Shown here piece after piece: positions 25,301 through 40,121 of a stretch of 64,000 nt of DNA. The stretch spans positions 8,494,001 through 8,558,000 of the forward strand of contig OX597833.1 of assembly GCA_951406725.2 (NCBI GenBank), in the 5' to 3' direction. Position 1 is the stretch's first letter. Every line of letters starts with the position of its first letter. Below the pieces are notes generated by a model. The model was given only the letters and a program-made list of their open reading frames with translations. It was not told the origin of the DNA and did not search any database. The translations under genes were made by a program, and so were the position numbers. Source of the stretch: Octopus vulgaris. Its lineage: Eukaryota.

Positions 25301-25821
25301 ACTCCCAATTCAAGAGTCTACCTTTCACTCCCATCTAAATTCCAATATGGTGACAGGCTTTCATTCCTTTGCACAACAAAATAATTTCTTGATATTCAGT
25401 CTTTCTTAACAAACTTCATCGACTTCCTCCAAAATCAACATTTCATACACAGCAAAAGAATACAAGTTATCGTTCTGCAGTTATAAATCTTCTCCACAAC
25501 CAGTGCCAGACGACATCACAGAACAAGTCTCATATCTTACCATTTCTACAGAGAAAGGCGCAACATTTCTCTAATCTTCTTCTCTCTAACCTCAAACCAA
25601 ATTGTTGAGATACATTTTATATAAAAAGAAAAAAGGGTGGGGGAGTGTCCTCAACTTGGTTGACACAATAAGTACGATGCAGGGATCAACTTCACTCTGT
25701 TATTTATAATTCCAGCCTCCTCCACATTAATTATATTACCTGGGTATTTTTAAGATCCCCAACCACTCTACAGCCTTCATTAAAAACCAATCAAATCATT
25801 AGCAATCTCAATACCTTTGTT

Positions 25822-27252
25822 CATCATCATCATCATTGTTTAACGTCCGCTTTCCATGCTAGCATGGGTTGGACGGTTCAACTAGGGTCTGGGAAGCCCG
25901 AAGGCTGCACCAGGCCAGTCAGATCTGGCAGTGTTTCTACAGCTGGATGCCCTTCCTAACGCCAACCACTCCGAGAGTGTAATGGGTGCTTTTTATGTGC
26001 CAGACGAGGCTGGCGAACGGCCACGCTCGGATGGTGCTTTTTACGTGCCACCTGCACGGAGGCCTGGTGAGGCTGGCAACGGCCACAATCGGATGGTGTT
26101 TGTTACGTGCCACCAGCACGGAGGCCAGTTGATGCAGTGCTGGCTATGGCCATGTTCTGATGGTTCTCTTATGTGCCACCGGCACCACAACTACAAATTC
26201 CATTGATGTGGATCGATTTCGATTTTGATTTGATTTTTTTATTTAATTTTTTTTTTTGATTTTTTTTTTTTTGGATTTGATTTCCACTTGCCTCAACAGG
26301 TCTTCACAAGTAGAGTTATGTGTCCCAAGAAGGAAGGTATGCACAGGTGGACTGACTACGTCCCAGGTAGGGGCCATGGGTTATGGCCTCACTTGTCCTG
26401 CTGGGTCTTCTCACGCACAGCATATCTCCAAAGGTCTCGGTCTCTGGTCATTTCCTCGGTGAGACCTAAAGAGCGAAGGTCATGCTTCACCACCTCGTCC
26501 CAGGTTTTCCTGGGTCTACCTCTTCCACAGGTTCCCTCAACCGCTAGGGTGTGGCACTTTTTCACACAACTATCTTCATCCATTCTTACCACGTGTCCAT
26601 ACCAGCGTAGATGTCTCTCTGCACACCACATCTGATGCCTCTTAGGTCCAACTTTTCTCTCAAGGCACTTACACTCTGTCAGGTATGAACACTGACATTA
26701 CACATCCATCGGAGCATACTGGCTTCATTTCTTGCAAGCTTACGCATGTCCTCAGCAGTCACGGCCCACGTTTCACTGCCATGTAGCAAGGCTGTTCATA
26801 CACATGCATCATACAGTCTGCCTTTTACTCTGGGCGAGAGGCCTTTTGTCACCAGCAGAGGTAAGAGCTCCCTAAACTTTGCCCAGGCTATTCTTACTCT
26901 AGCAGTTACACTTTCGGCACACCCGCCTCCGCTACTGACTTGATCACCTAGGTAACGGAAACTATCAACTATTTCTAGTTTTTCTCCCTGGAATGTGGCA
27001 GAAAATGGTTTCTGCGCATTTTCAGTGTTTATTGCACCAGAGCATCTGCCACATACAAAAACTATCTTCCTAGTTAGCCTTCCTTTGACATTGCTGCACC
27101 TCTTATGTGTCCATAGCTTACACTTGGTGCATCTTATGGAGTTCCTACCTACGCCTTTTCTACAGATCGAGCAGGGCCATCTACCTGATGGCGTTTGTGA
27201 TTTGTCTACCTTCCTACTTATTAGGACTTTGGTTTTAGCTAGATTGACTCTC
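25822..27252 (-). mobile_element. RTE-clade LINE, 5'-truncated (RT C-terminal half with inserted Cys-rich/PHD-like domain, 3' UTR, (GAT)n tail)
   Basis: RVNLAKTKVL..WPCSICRKGVGRNSIRCTKCKLWTHKRC..FRYLGDQV..ARVRIAWAKFREL..LRWYGHVVRMDEDSCVKKC..GRGRPRKTW. Confidence 0.92.
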
Positions 27253-27559
27253 CCATAAATTTCAGTTTCCCCTTTTTGTATCCAGTTTTTACTGTAAAGC
27301 ACTGAAGTCCTCCATAATAGTCTTTCACACTGAAGCAAGTCACTTCCTGCGGTCACCCACTGCTAACACTTTACACTTAATTGTGTTAACTTTCAAATTT
27401 ACATTCACAGAATCTGAATGAGGACCAAATTGTTGAGATACATTTTATAAACATAAAGGGTGGGGGAAAGTCCTCAACTTAGTTGACACAATAAGAACAA
27501 TGCTGAGACAGGGATCAACTTTGCAGAAATTCTTGATGATGCTTGGCCTATCATCACCA

Positions 27560-28430
27560 GCACCACCTGATGCTTTTGGGTAGCTTTGATTAGAGTTCAT
27601 TCTGTTGCAAGCATTCATTCAAACCTCTGTTTGCCTCTTCAGAAACATTTTATTGGCAGATTTTGAGGTTGGATGTTAACCAAACCAATGAGCGTGGAGG
27701 CCTACAAAGGCCCTTAACATTTCACTTCCTCCTCTAACTTGTAAAATAAAAGAAGGGTCCCTAATCAATTTTATCAACAGTTTCCGAGTCCCTCACCGAA
27801 AATTTTCATGAGCCAATCATAAATGTTAGAACTGTCCACAAATTTCTCAGGATTGACAACGACAAGTTGTTTCTTTACCAAAATATTCCCTGTAAGTTTT
27901 GTCCCCAGAAATATAATACAAGAGGTCCCACATCTTCATATCAATTGAAACCACATTAAACCACCCACTCTCACTTTTGTCATTTCGTTTCCACTGTCTT
28001 CAACTTCATCCCTCAATCAGATACCTTAATAAACTCTCTTCCTTCCATTTATATTCATCGAACGATGGAGTGGAACGATTCTTAAATATTGATCACCTAA
28101 ATCGGTAACTGCAGCATTGATTCCCCTTATGATAGGACTTTTCACATCTCAGCTCAGTCACTAACCTTGAATGTGCAACAGTCCTTAATATTATAGGCCC
28201 CTGTTGCAGCCACAGCAAGAAAAGGCTATCCTTATGCCACATGCACTCATTAACTTCTAGAAAATGCAAGGGTCCTTTATAAATATCAGGGACTCTGCTA
28301 CAACCTCCACAAACATTCTACATCATATCTAATAAGCCAACAATCTGTAAACTCCCGAAGGCACCCCCATGAGCTAAGTTTAAAAGGTGTTGAGTAAAAC
28401 CTTTCCAAAACTGTGGGACACTTCATTTAA
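27560..28430 (-). mobile_element. old CR1/L2-type LINE remnant (continues at ~25300-25600)
   Basis: Degraded RT and 3' motifs (GVPSG; gaatgaatgcttgcaacagaatgaactc). Heavily mutated. Confidence 0.4.
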
Positions 28431-28940
28431 ATAAAAAGGGGATCATTGGTAGGGAAAAGCTTGGGAGACACTGGTTTATGTGGTCACTGAACCTGTGAGA
28501 AATGGCTAAACTCACTCCAATCACATCATACTTTCTTTTAAAAAATGGCACATCAGAGAATGTAGTCCAAAATTCACAAAAGGATGGGATGGCCATGGTG
28601 GAAAAGCCTTTAATTACAACAACTAATTAATATTCAACTTGCACATATAAAACAAGTGACAGCCACAGCTACAAACCACTCCTATCACATACAGAAGGTC
28701 AAATTGAGGACCACACTTGTAAGTTAGTAATACATCGAGGATTCTGCGACCATGGGTCTCCAATACTATTTCTGGACCACATCCCTTCGTGATAATACTT
28801 TGCTTTCTCTTCATTACAAACAACACGTTTACCTTCCGGGATCGGATAGTTTTTCTTAAACACAGACATTTGTATGTCTTATTCAGCTCACTCCGTAGTA
28901 AATGAGTACAAGTCGAGTGCAGGCTGCAGCCTTCACTCAC

Positions 28941-29015
28941 CCTCCAGCTGACACATCGTCGATATTCTGCTGGGTCAAGGGCAGAAGGGCCGAGATGGTG
29001 GGTCTACATAGGCAC
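28941..29015 (-). other. candidate 75-nt internal exon
   Basis: Acceptor gactgctttag| and donor GG|gtgagt. Phase-2 frame is open (CLCRPTISALLPLTQQNIDDVSAG). Confidence 0.55.
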
Positions 29016-29289
29016 CTAAAGCAGTCAGCGAAAGCATGGTACATGCCACAATCTCTGCTACACTTTTTCGCTTTACGTAGATTTTTATACACGGAAGGTG
29101 TGTGCTTTCTTTTTTACGCCTCAGTAGCTGAATAGCTTTCCCATTTCTAACCACTCAACTGGAAAATACGCGATAACTAGTATCAACTAAAATGTCTGAT
29201 AAACGTAAGAGTTAAGTTAGGAGCACAAAACGGTGACTAGATCAAGGTTAGAACTCTTGACTGTCTGGTCAGTGGCACAGTTCAATAAC

Positions 29290-29355
29290 CTTCCAACCAT
29301 CGTGCCTTCACTGTAACAGATGAACCGGGGAAGAGGCGATACGTAGACCGGCATC
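29290..29355 (-). other. candidate 66-nt internal exon
   Basis: Acceptor atttgcttttcag| and donor AAG|gttatt. GC/CpG-rich island in AT-rich context; two frames open. Confidence 0.55.
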
Positions 29356-30293
29356 CTGAAAAGCAAATATTCCACAAAATATACATGAACACTCGTGTGT
29401 GTGTGTGTTTATGTCTATATATATATATATACATACACACACACACTCGTGGCATTTTTAGAGGCAATATACATAAGAATAAAACGATGTACATAACACT
29501 GCGTGTGCACCTGGGTACACGCGCTATACATAAACGTACACTACGTGTGTGTGTGTGTAGATGAGGGAGAGGCCCACTGTAGTGTCAATATTGTGTAACA
29601 GTGAACAAATGAATGTGTGTATGCAAGCGTGGGTGTGTGTGTGTGTGTGCAAACTGTTTTTCTATGTCTAAATACAATTGTTGTTTAACCCTCGGTCAGC
29701 CACGATCGGCTGCACCTTGCATCAAATACCTTTCAACCATGACCAGTACGTCTTATATTCATTCAGACGATTGGGCGGGATTATAGAAAGATTAGGCTGT
29801 AATTTCTAGCAGGTCGGGCGACCACGTAAAGGTTCCCACATTGTTGTTTCAGTCAGTTGACTGCGGCCATGCTGGAGCACCGCCTATATATATGTATGTA
29901 TGAGTTATAGTATATACGGGTGTTAATGACTTAAGTGTTTGTGTGTATGAGAAAGAATGTGTGTGGGATTTTGTAAATGCGTGAGTGATTGAGATCAAAT
30001 AAATGCGTGTGCGTGCATGTATAGGTGTGTGTGTGCATGTGTATTTGTGAGTACGTGTGCTAGTGTGTTTATGTGTAGTACATGTGTGCACGTGTGAAAG
30101 GCTTTGCGTGTGCTTGTGTATATATGTGTGTATATACGGTTTAGTAAATGCGTGTGGTCTTTATTACTTGTGCGTATGCATGTGTAAATGAGTGTAGGAG
30201 TGAGAGCATGTGTTTATGTCTACATATTTATGTGTATATGTGTTATGTATGTGTATTTGTTATAGGTGAGTGAAGCTACACACTCATACTCAC

Positions 30294-30709
30294 TCTCAGG
30301 TTGGTTTGAAGTGAGACTCTGCCAGCAGGCCGCTGCCTGTCGAAGTGAAGTGTTGTAGAGATATTTCAAGTTGAACCCACCTTAACCGTTCTTGGCACCG
30401 AACCGAGTGTCTTTTACTGGAGCACGGGTGATGATGGAACAAGGTGGGGTGGGTCGAGTTCCGAATAGAACCACAACAACAACAAGGGTCAGGAGGAATT
30501 CCAGGACGAAGAGACAGACACACGTTGACGACGATGATGATGATGATGAAGGTGAAGCTCCGAGTTTCTATATATATATAGGCACTGTCGGTGGGGTTGG
30601 TCAGGAGGAAGGTATCCAAGCGGTTGGTCGTCGTCCAGAGGTATGTGGTGCCATGTGGGCGGTGCTAACCATTTGAATTGCAATTATGAGACATTTGGTG
30701 ACAGATCTT
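30294..30709 (-). other. candidate 416-nt exon, probably non-coding
   Basis: Acceptor ttatttatttag| and donor GA|gtgagt. Stops occur in all three frames across its length. Confidence 0.45.
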
Positions 30710-30789
30710 CTAAATAAATAATAATGGTAGAAATAGTAGTTGTGTTGATAATATTATTACTGCTCATGTGAAGTGAGATGATGGCAGAG

Positions 30790-31846
30790 ATGTAAAGTGT
30801 GTGTTGTGAAGGGGAAGAGAGGAAAAGTGTGGTAGATAGACCGACATGAGATAGAGAGAAGGGGAGAGGGCAGACTGACGAACGGACAGGGTGAAAGGAA
30901 GGAATAGAAGAGAGAGGGGGAAAGACAGAGGTGAGATGGTGAAACTGTGAGGGAGAGAGAGGAAAGAAGAAGGAGACAGTACAGGGATGGATGATAAAGT
31001 GAGAAAATAGAGAGGGGGAAAGAGTGGGTGAAACAGGGAGGGGGAGAAGAGAAGAAGAAGTGATATAGAGAGCAGAGGGAGAGGGGAAAAGAAGAAAAAA
31101 GGGTGATAATGAAATAGAGATAAAGTGAGATAATATCGAAAGAAAGTGAGAGGGTGATGTTATATAGAGAGAGAGAGATTAAAAGAGAGAAGGAAAGAGG
31201 ATGGGGGTGAAAAAAGGGGGGAAGAAAGAGAAAGATAAACAATGAAGAGAGTGGAAGAGGAGCAATGAAGTAGAGAGAGGGGGAATAGAAGGGCGAAAGG
31301 AGGAGGAGTGGCAGTAAGAAAATAAGTGTGTGAAAGAGAGGATAGAGAGTGTCAAAGAGTGACAGAGAGAGGGAGAGATTGTGACAGATATGTGAAAGAG
31401 AGAGAGATCAGAGAGAGTGAGTGTGTGAATGAGAGAGAAAAAGAAGAGTGTGCAGGAGAACGATAAAGAAGTATATGTCAAAGAGAAAGAGAGAGAGTGA
31501 GGAGGGAGGCGGGGGGTTGGATGTCTGCAAGAACGAACATTATCATCATCATCATCATCATCATCATGGTGATGGTGATGATGTTTGGTACGGCAGCCGC
31601 CGCCGAATGGAAGTTGGAGTTTTAGCCAGGTGAGGAAGATGGCTGGCAACCTTCGACTCCATCTAGACTTTATAAGTTCGGGACATAACATGAAAACTAT
31701 GAGCTGACATTTTCTACACACTTGCTGTGTGTGTGTGTGTGTGTGAGAGAGGGAGAGAGAGTGTGTGTGTGTGTGTGTATGTATGAGAGAGAGAGAGTGT
31801 GTGTATGTATGTGTGAGAGAGAGAGAGAGAGAGAGAGTGTGTATGT

Positions 31847-31878
<32 letters not shown>

Positions 31879-31900
31879 GTGTGTGAGAGAGAGAGAGTGT

Positions 31901-31942
<42 letters not shown>

Positions 31943-31990
31943 GTGTGTGTGAGAGAGAGAGAGAGTGTGTGTGTATGTGTGTGTGTTTGT
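30790..31990. repeat. long polypurine tract followed by a compound (GT)n/(GA)n microsatellite; second purine tract at 32460-32930
   Basis: Directly visible strand-asymmetric A/G composition. Confidence 0.85.
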
Positions 31991-32076
31991 GAGGGCAGAT
32001 AGTGTTTACAATGTGTAGTTGTGTATGTATTTATTGTGTATTGAGTTATTGTGTAATGAGAACAAAATGATAGTAT

Positions 32077-32116
<40 letters not shown>

Positions 32117-35100
32117 GTATATATATAATCGTATAACAGTCGTGTATACTTTAATACTTCGTGGTCGTGTTGTTCCATTCCCCGGTCAGCCCAGGTTGAA
32201 TAGTTTGTGATCAAAGGAATTCCAGCCGTGACCAACCAATATTTTCAGACAGTTTATTTCTGACAATAACAAAACAACACCTTCACCCCAACCCCGTTCT
32301 GTCTTCTTTCTTTTTTTCTTTTTGAAAAAGATGGTAGACTAATTAAAGAGATTTGGCTGCTATTTCTAGCCGGCTGTGCGACTGACTACGTTGAGGCTTC
32401 CTATATGTTGTTATATGTGTAAAAAATGTAAATTTCAGTGGTGTGTATGTGGGTGCGAAAGAGAGAGAGAGAGAGTGAGGGGGGACAAAGAAGAAAAAGA
32501 GAGATGAAGGAAGAAAAGAAAGACGGAGAGAGAGAGGAGGGGGGTTAAAAGAAAGAGTGGATATATGGGGGGGAGGAGAGAGAAATCGTAAAAGGTAGAA
32601 GGATATGAGAAGATGTAGGGAGAAGGGGAGAGTGAGGAGAGAGAGAGGAAAGGACAATGATGATGTTGACCATAAAAGATGAATGAATGAATGAGAGGGA
32701 CCGGTAAAGGGGGAGCTGGAGAGAGTGGGGTTGATATCATATGAAAGTGGGGTCAAAAGAAATGTATAAGGTGTAGAAGGAGAGAGAGAAAGGAAGAAAA
32801 ATGAGATGTAATGAAAAAATTGAGGATTGTAAGAAGGAGAGAGAGAGTTCGATGCTAAGAAGAAAGGAAAGGACAGAGAAATAAGCCGGGGGGGGGAGCG
32901 AATGAGGAGAGCCAAAAGGAGGGAGAGGGAGTAATGTGTGTCAGTTAAACAAAAAATCGAAAGGTACACTTCGGCTGACCATTAATTAATAAGGTGTGGT
33001 TGGTTTCATCTTTACATCTTCGGTTGACAACGCCCTTGGCTCTTAATACTTAGGATGAAGAGAGAGGAGAGAAAGGATGTTTTGGTCTTCATGCAGTTCT
33101 CAGCAACATTAGAAAGTCGAGCCATCAGACGACCACTTGAAAGACTAAAAAATAATAGCTAAATCCCCTTTAAATCAACCCTACTACCTTTAAAAAAGGA
33201 CACTGGATGCACTACGATTGCTAAAAATAGAACGGATTAAAATGGCTTGATTACTGGATCAGGACTGACCTAGGGCTACGCAATTACAACTACACGTTAC
33301 ATAATTTAGTCTTACACAATATCTATAAAAAAAACACAGACAGGGTGGTCATGGTTGGAACATTGTTTCATGATAGGTTTGCAGTCAGGACTAAACTGGA
33401 GCAAAACAATAACTATACGCTAAAAGACAGGGTGGTCATAGTTGGAACATCATTATTCATAGGTCTGTCTGGTGGATCAGGATTGACTCGGGATTGAACA
33501 ATAACATATAAAAAAAAACAAATGAAACGGTATGGCCTCAGTTAGGAATCGAAACTGGACCGTTGGGGTCGGCTAAGCGAGAACTTACCTCAATTTTATG
33601 CTGCAATGGATTGTTGTCGATTTGTAAATTTCGTTCTTTCGTTTGTCACTAACACACGTCTATGTGTAGACGGTTATACACGTGTGTGTGTAAGAGTGTA
33701 TCTGCATAGGCGGGTGTATGTAAAAATATATATAAACAACGATATGAGACTGGTTCCGTGTAGCAGTGTTGATATCACAGACCACACACACTTACACACG
33801 TGTTTGTACACAGCTTTACACAACGGTGCGTGTGTGTTTCAATAAAGTTCTATACGGAAGTGCGTATGTTAAAGTATGTATATAAATGAGTATTCGGTTG
33901 AATGAAAGAAAAAGTAAAGAAGGAAGGGGGACGAGTGTTCAAATCTAGGAACGGGACAAACAGCCAAGTTGTGTATCTCAACTCCTGAAGCATCATCATG
34001 CTCCAAATTAAACTTAGCTTGGAATCGAACCATTTTCTATGAAGGTAGATTAAAGTGTTACTTTGATCTTGGCCAAAACTGCTGATTAGTTGTAGAAAGA
34101 AGTCTTACACATTGAACTAACTTTATATCATGTGCTACAGCATGGCACAACCCATTAGCTTAGATCGATGTGTAAAACAGACAGATAGGTATGTAAGGCC
34201 GAAATATTTGAATCCAAAACGTCACACTTGCAGGGAGCTTAAAATTCAAATGATGTTGTTTTTAACACTTTTATTAAAAAAACAAAAATACCCCCCATTT
34301 ACAAATCCGTAAATTATTATAAATTCGTTAATTTTCAGGAACCTAACCAACTTCCCGGAATATTTCTGAGGGAAAAAAACTATTGTGTTGGAAACAACAT
34401 TTATATTTTTGACAGTTTCTATTATTTATATTTTTATTATCGATTAACCCATCTGTAAATGTATTGCAATTAAGGAGAATCATTTTTATCATTCATCAAT
34501 CAATTATCTCCCTCTGTGGGTTTAGGTTTAATAACTAAAACTTAAGGTCTAGCTCATATATTAAGGGAATAAGTACACTTTGGTGCCCCCAGATTTGCTC
34601 TTTTTTTTATAACTATCTGAATATCGTACATTTTTCAATAAAAGTTTGTAAATATGTTTTCGGGGTTGTGATTAATGGTTTATGTTGATAAAAATTTACA
34701 AAAATATTTTATCGACAAATTTTAGATCATTCTACTCATCTGCATTTTTCACTTTCTGTTTAAAACATCGTCATTTCTCGAAAATGTATTTTTGCAAAAC
34801 TTTGTTAAAAAAATAAGCAGTTTGATGTGAATGATCCGAAAAATCTAAGATAGGAAAGGGATATGACAGAAAGTCCTTAATTTTTTTTCTCCCCACCATG
34901 GCTGTAATCTTCACCCTTGAAAACATACCTCTGCAAAATTTCGTTAAAAAATATGTATCCTTCAGAGAGTTATGAGGAAACAATTAATTGTGGCGCCATA
35001 CCACAGCGGTGCCCATTGTACCCTACCTGAAAGGGCTAAGAACCATGTGTGTGACTTGGTGGTTGTAAGGGAGATATATCTGGTCAGTGAAACCCTTATT

Positions 35101-35942
35101 TAGGCCTCGCTTACATATGTAAAGTACTGTGTTAGTGAATCAACACATGTGTGTATGTCTAGCTGACTCTAAATGTTCAAAAGCAAAAACCATTTATTAA
35201 AGCTTATAATACAAATGCAAGGTAAAAGCTATTCTACGTGGGTGGACATCCGGATAAAGTTGGTAAAGTTTATGGAAATGTTCAGCATTGGTGGACTGAG
35301 GGCGAGAGTTCGATGACCCTGAAGATTACACCACTTCAGAACTACGGAAGGGGGAGTTCTATGTGGTCGTTCAGGCTATTAGAAATAGCGACCAAATGTC
35401 CTTCTTATCACTTTAAAAACTGAAGGGCATTTAGAATAAAATAGTCCTAAGCATAAAAAAAGACGAATTGATCGTGGCCGGACTATTTTTTTTTTTATCA
35501 TAGGCGTACTCGAGCGAGGGCGGCTTGAGGGCTAAAGAACAACAACAAACATAAAAGCCAACGAGGAAGACTTTCTGTGATCAAACAACTAAAAATAACA
35601 GCCAACCCTCAATCTAATCAGACCCCAATAACAACTCAAGAGAAACGTTTAATAGTTATTTATACCATTGATCCCTGAGAGTCTGCTGAGACCAGGGGCA
35701 CAGCCCTTTCCTCTGGAATATTTTAATTAATTGATTTTTAAAAACAGAAACACCTAAATGTCGTTAAATGAATAGATGGATTGTCTTTAACCATAGGTTG
35801 GCTCAATCAAGGTATCTGTCCCAGTGCTAAACAACAATATATACACATACATACATTCATATATCACACACGCTCACGAACTATATATTGTAACGGCAAT
35901 ATAGCTACTCGTTAAAAACAAGGATATATGTGGGGGCGGAGT

Positions 35943-36108
35943 ACAGGACCCTGTAAAGATAGGGGCACAGTGAGCCAGTTGCCCAGGAGCCCTCGCGGGT
36001 CCAGGGGGCCCAATTCTAATCTATGTACACTGTGACTTGCAGTCAATAAATACTAAAGGGTCCAGTTCATTGATTTTCACAGGGGCCTATAATGTTAAGA
36101 CGGCAGTG
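35943..36108. mobile_element. degenerate hAT-type MITE
   Basis: Ends caggaccctgtaa / taagacggcagtg resemble CAGGGCCGTCTTA TIRs; internal ggggccc motifs. Confidence 0.45.
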
Positions 36109-36494
36109 CCTAAGAACAAAGGTATTCCACTGGTGACCATACCATCTTTTTGAATGTGTGGTGGTTGGCGGTGCTGTGGCATTCAATGATTTCTTTTTTT
36201 AATTCTCAGGAAGATATGGTGTGATCCAATGGAGATTTAGTCACTATTTCTAGCCAATCAAACAACCACAAAGTGGCTTCCTAGTTGGCTTCATGTAACG
36301 ACATGTTAGTTGGGGAGGTGAGGGTGTTCAATGAATGCCACAGAAGATATTACAGCTGTGAGTGTGTGTGTGCACCATTGAATGCCTACAAGTATAAGCA
36401 AGGTATACACACACGTTACATATATCTTATATATTGTGACATGCATAACATTAGAATAGAAATACAAGTTAAAAGCCCCCCAATATTTAGATCA

Positions 36495-36690
36495 TAGCGT
36501 AATGTTACAGTAGGGGTCACCGCGTTACAGTAGGGGTCACAGCGTCATGGTAGGGGCCACTACGTTACTATCGTGGTCACTGTTATAGTGGTAGTCACAA
36601 TGTGCTGTTACAATACTGGTCACAGCGTGGAGTCACACCAATGATCATTGCGTTACAACATTGGTCGTAGCGGTGGTCACTGCGAACAAT
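36495..36690. repeat. degenerate ~20-bp minisatellite (cagcgttacagtaggggtca)
   Basis: Tandem units visible, decaying rightwards. Confidence 0.7.
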
Positions 36691-37249
36691 GTACACACCA
36701 TTAAATATTATCACTAGCTTCTATATCACCGTTTGTCTTTTACCTGAATATGTCGAGGATTACCTGTCCTCGAACTATTAATTACTGTGCATATATAACG
36801 TGTGTGTGTGTGTGTCCATACATATATACGTACATTCGCGCACCTACACATATATACCCACACACACATTTGTATGACTGTATAAATTGGTGTGATCGTC
36901 TGAGTACTTTAAATATATGTGTGTGTGTATACTTTCTATTATGTGTAGATTAATGGTATAGTGATGACTATATGTGTGTATAATATGTATTTATGTGTAT
37001 GTTTAAACACTCGTTTCCAATATCTACGTCTGTTCGAGTGTGTATATGTGCCGCTGGTGTAAATATTAATAATACAGGCAGACGTACGTGTATGTATAAT
37101 TATGTTATGCGACACATGTGCCTACCGCCAATACAGATGAACGTTTGAGATGTGTGTGTATATACACATATACACGTGTGTATATAAGTGTTTTAGTATT
37201 TGTTACTAGCACTCGTCTCTGGTTGAATGCATCAATGTGAATATGTGAA

Positions 37250-37564
<315 letters not shown>

Positions 37565-40053
37565 ATCATTAAGAAATATTTTATTCTTTTTATTTGAATT
37601 CTTAGCTTCTGCGGGTTATATAACATAGTAAACATCTAATACGATATATGTTGCAATTTGCGATAATTCAGTGAAAAGAAGTAAATTTTACAAATGTGTG
37701 TGTTAAAAGCCAATTGTTTAAAAAAATTGTACATCCAGACATTTCACTGTGGCCAAAGTCAAGCACCCGACTACACGCACCTGTCTTCCACACCTAATAC
37801 AAGATAAGCAAGGAACATCAGAATCATTATTACTATCGTTATCTTCATACGCCTAACTTTGGGATCGAAACTTGCACCCCGACACAACTCAAACTTGGAG
37901 TCACACACACAAACATATGCATGTGTGTGTGTGTGTGTTTGTGTATTTATGTTTATTTGTAATACTTTTTTTTCCTTTTATATGTACGCAGATATTACAC
38001 AGACACAGAGAGGCATCGAAAGTGAGAGGAGGGAGAGACATCGACGCAATGGAGACGACACTGTCGTGTGACCTGCTAGATATGGCAACCAAATACCTTA
38101 CCACATAAAGAAGGACATGTACAATGAGCAATGTAGTCGAAGAGATAAAAAAAAAAGAAGAATACGGATGGTCAGCAGAGGGACGTCTTTAATCGTGGTC
38201 CTGCTTGCTCAGGGTTGACATGGGGCTCAAGGACTGATTCTCACGCCACTCAAAGTAGGCAACCGAAAGTCCTTAACAAATCGGGTGGATGGCACATCTG
38301 GAATTATGGATCGCTGAACCAAATCATATATTCTGGTGTGCTATAGAGATCAAAACTTCCCGAGGGCAAAGTAGTAATAACAATACGTACGACATAAAAC
38401 AGAGAAAGAAACATTGTATGTCTACAGTTTGGGACCCCAACTTCCTGAACATTGCGTATTTTGTAATGAGATTTTGCAAAGAAATGTTTTTCAGGGCTTA
38501 CATTACGTTTACGCCGATGAAATTTAGCAAATGTCTTTTGGAAGAGGTTCGGATAATTTTTTCTCTTCCCCACGATGTTCTTACCACCACTTTCCATAAC
38601 TTTTGCATTTAAAATTTTTTTCTCTTCGAATTAATATTTTTGAAACATCATCGTTACGTGATCTACTCTCTCGAAGATGTGAATCTGTGTTCTGCGAAAC
38701 ATCATTTCTGAATATTATATTTTTAAGAGAAATTTGAGCAAAAGTTATAAGGAAACATTCAGTGGGGTATCGAACTGTACGTTTGCCTACATATTCCTCG
38801 CATTTAATACTCATGTAACCACACACACACACAGAAACTGATATGTGGTCGCTAGGCCAACTAGAAATAACTGCCGAATCACCCTAAGATGACACTGCTA
38901 TGAAAAATGAAGGATAGTAGATGGAATAGTCATGGCTTCATCGACCGGATCAACAGACACTAAACAACAGCCATATCAGCCAATAGGAGAGCCTCATAAT
39001 GATCGCTCAATATCCTAGAAACAGCAGCCAAATCCCTCTACTACTGGCATTTTTGGTATCAACAACTTGCTGCCTTCTCCCAAAATTTCAGGCATTGTGC
39101 CGATATAGGAGAAAGAATTATTGATTTCAAACTTTAGCATAAGGCCAGCAGTTTTGTGGGGAAGGGTCTAAATCGATTACATCAACCCCAGTATTCAATT
39201 GGTACTTATTTTATTGACCCTGAAAGGCAAAGTTGACCTTAGCAGAATTTGAACTCAGGACATAAAGATGAACAAAATGCTGCTAGGCATCCTAATGGTT
39301 CTACCAGCTCACTGCCTTAGGAGAAGGAATTATCATTACCATTAACGAGTTGACAAAATCGTTAGCGTGCTGAGCAAAATTCTTAGCAGCAATCCTTCCA
39401 AGTCTTTACCTTCTAAGTTCAAATCCTGCTGAGGTCAACTTTGCCTTTCATCCTTTTGGGGCAATGAAAGTTGATGTAACTGACTGATTACCCCCACCTC
39501 CTAAAATAGCTAGCCCTTTATTTCTCATCCCAAGCTTATGCTAAAAGAGAGGTGAAAACCTGGGCAAAAAACATCGCAAGAAAACTAAACCTCAGAAGGG
39601 AAAAAATCTGAAAATATAATTTAGATTCAGAATACAAAAGAATGAGAGTACAAAAGTACACGTCACACACACATGTAATATCCTTTGAAACATTTGTGAC
39701 AAAGCTGTTGTCGAAGGTAATTAATTATCTTACCTCATTGCCGGAAAAATACTAATTATGCAAATCAGACTTTTGCAGTTCCAGGTGACTGACCCAATTA
39801 AAACAGAAACTGGCAAAACTGATCCCCGTTTTTCTGTCCACCAACACATTTTTTCTTTTACTTGTTTCAGGCATTTGACTGCAGCCATGCTGGAGCACCG
39901 CCTTTAGTCGAACAAATTGATCCCATGACTTATTCTTTGTAAGCTTGGTACTTATTCTGTTGGTCTCTTTTGCTGAACCGCTAAGTTACAGGGATGTAAA
40001 CACACCAACATCGGTTGTCAAGCGATGGTGGGGGGACAAACACACACACACAA

Positions 40054-40121
<68 letters not shown>

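Noticed and set aside
31521-31625. Signal-peptide-like small ORF MSARTNIIIIIIIIIMVMVMMFGTAAAAEWKLEF*
   Set aside because: Its hydrophobicity comes from an (ATC)n repeat and it stops immediately afterwards.
30757-32969. Long ORFs of 161-208 aa (and similar ones at 2.8, 10.3, 37.1, 40.0 and 46.6-47.3 kb)
   Set aside because: Translations of microsatellites or polypurine tracts that lack stop codons.
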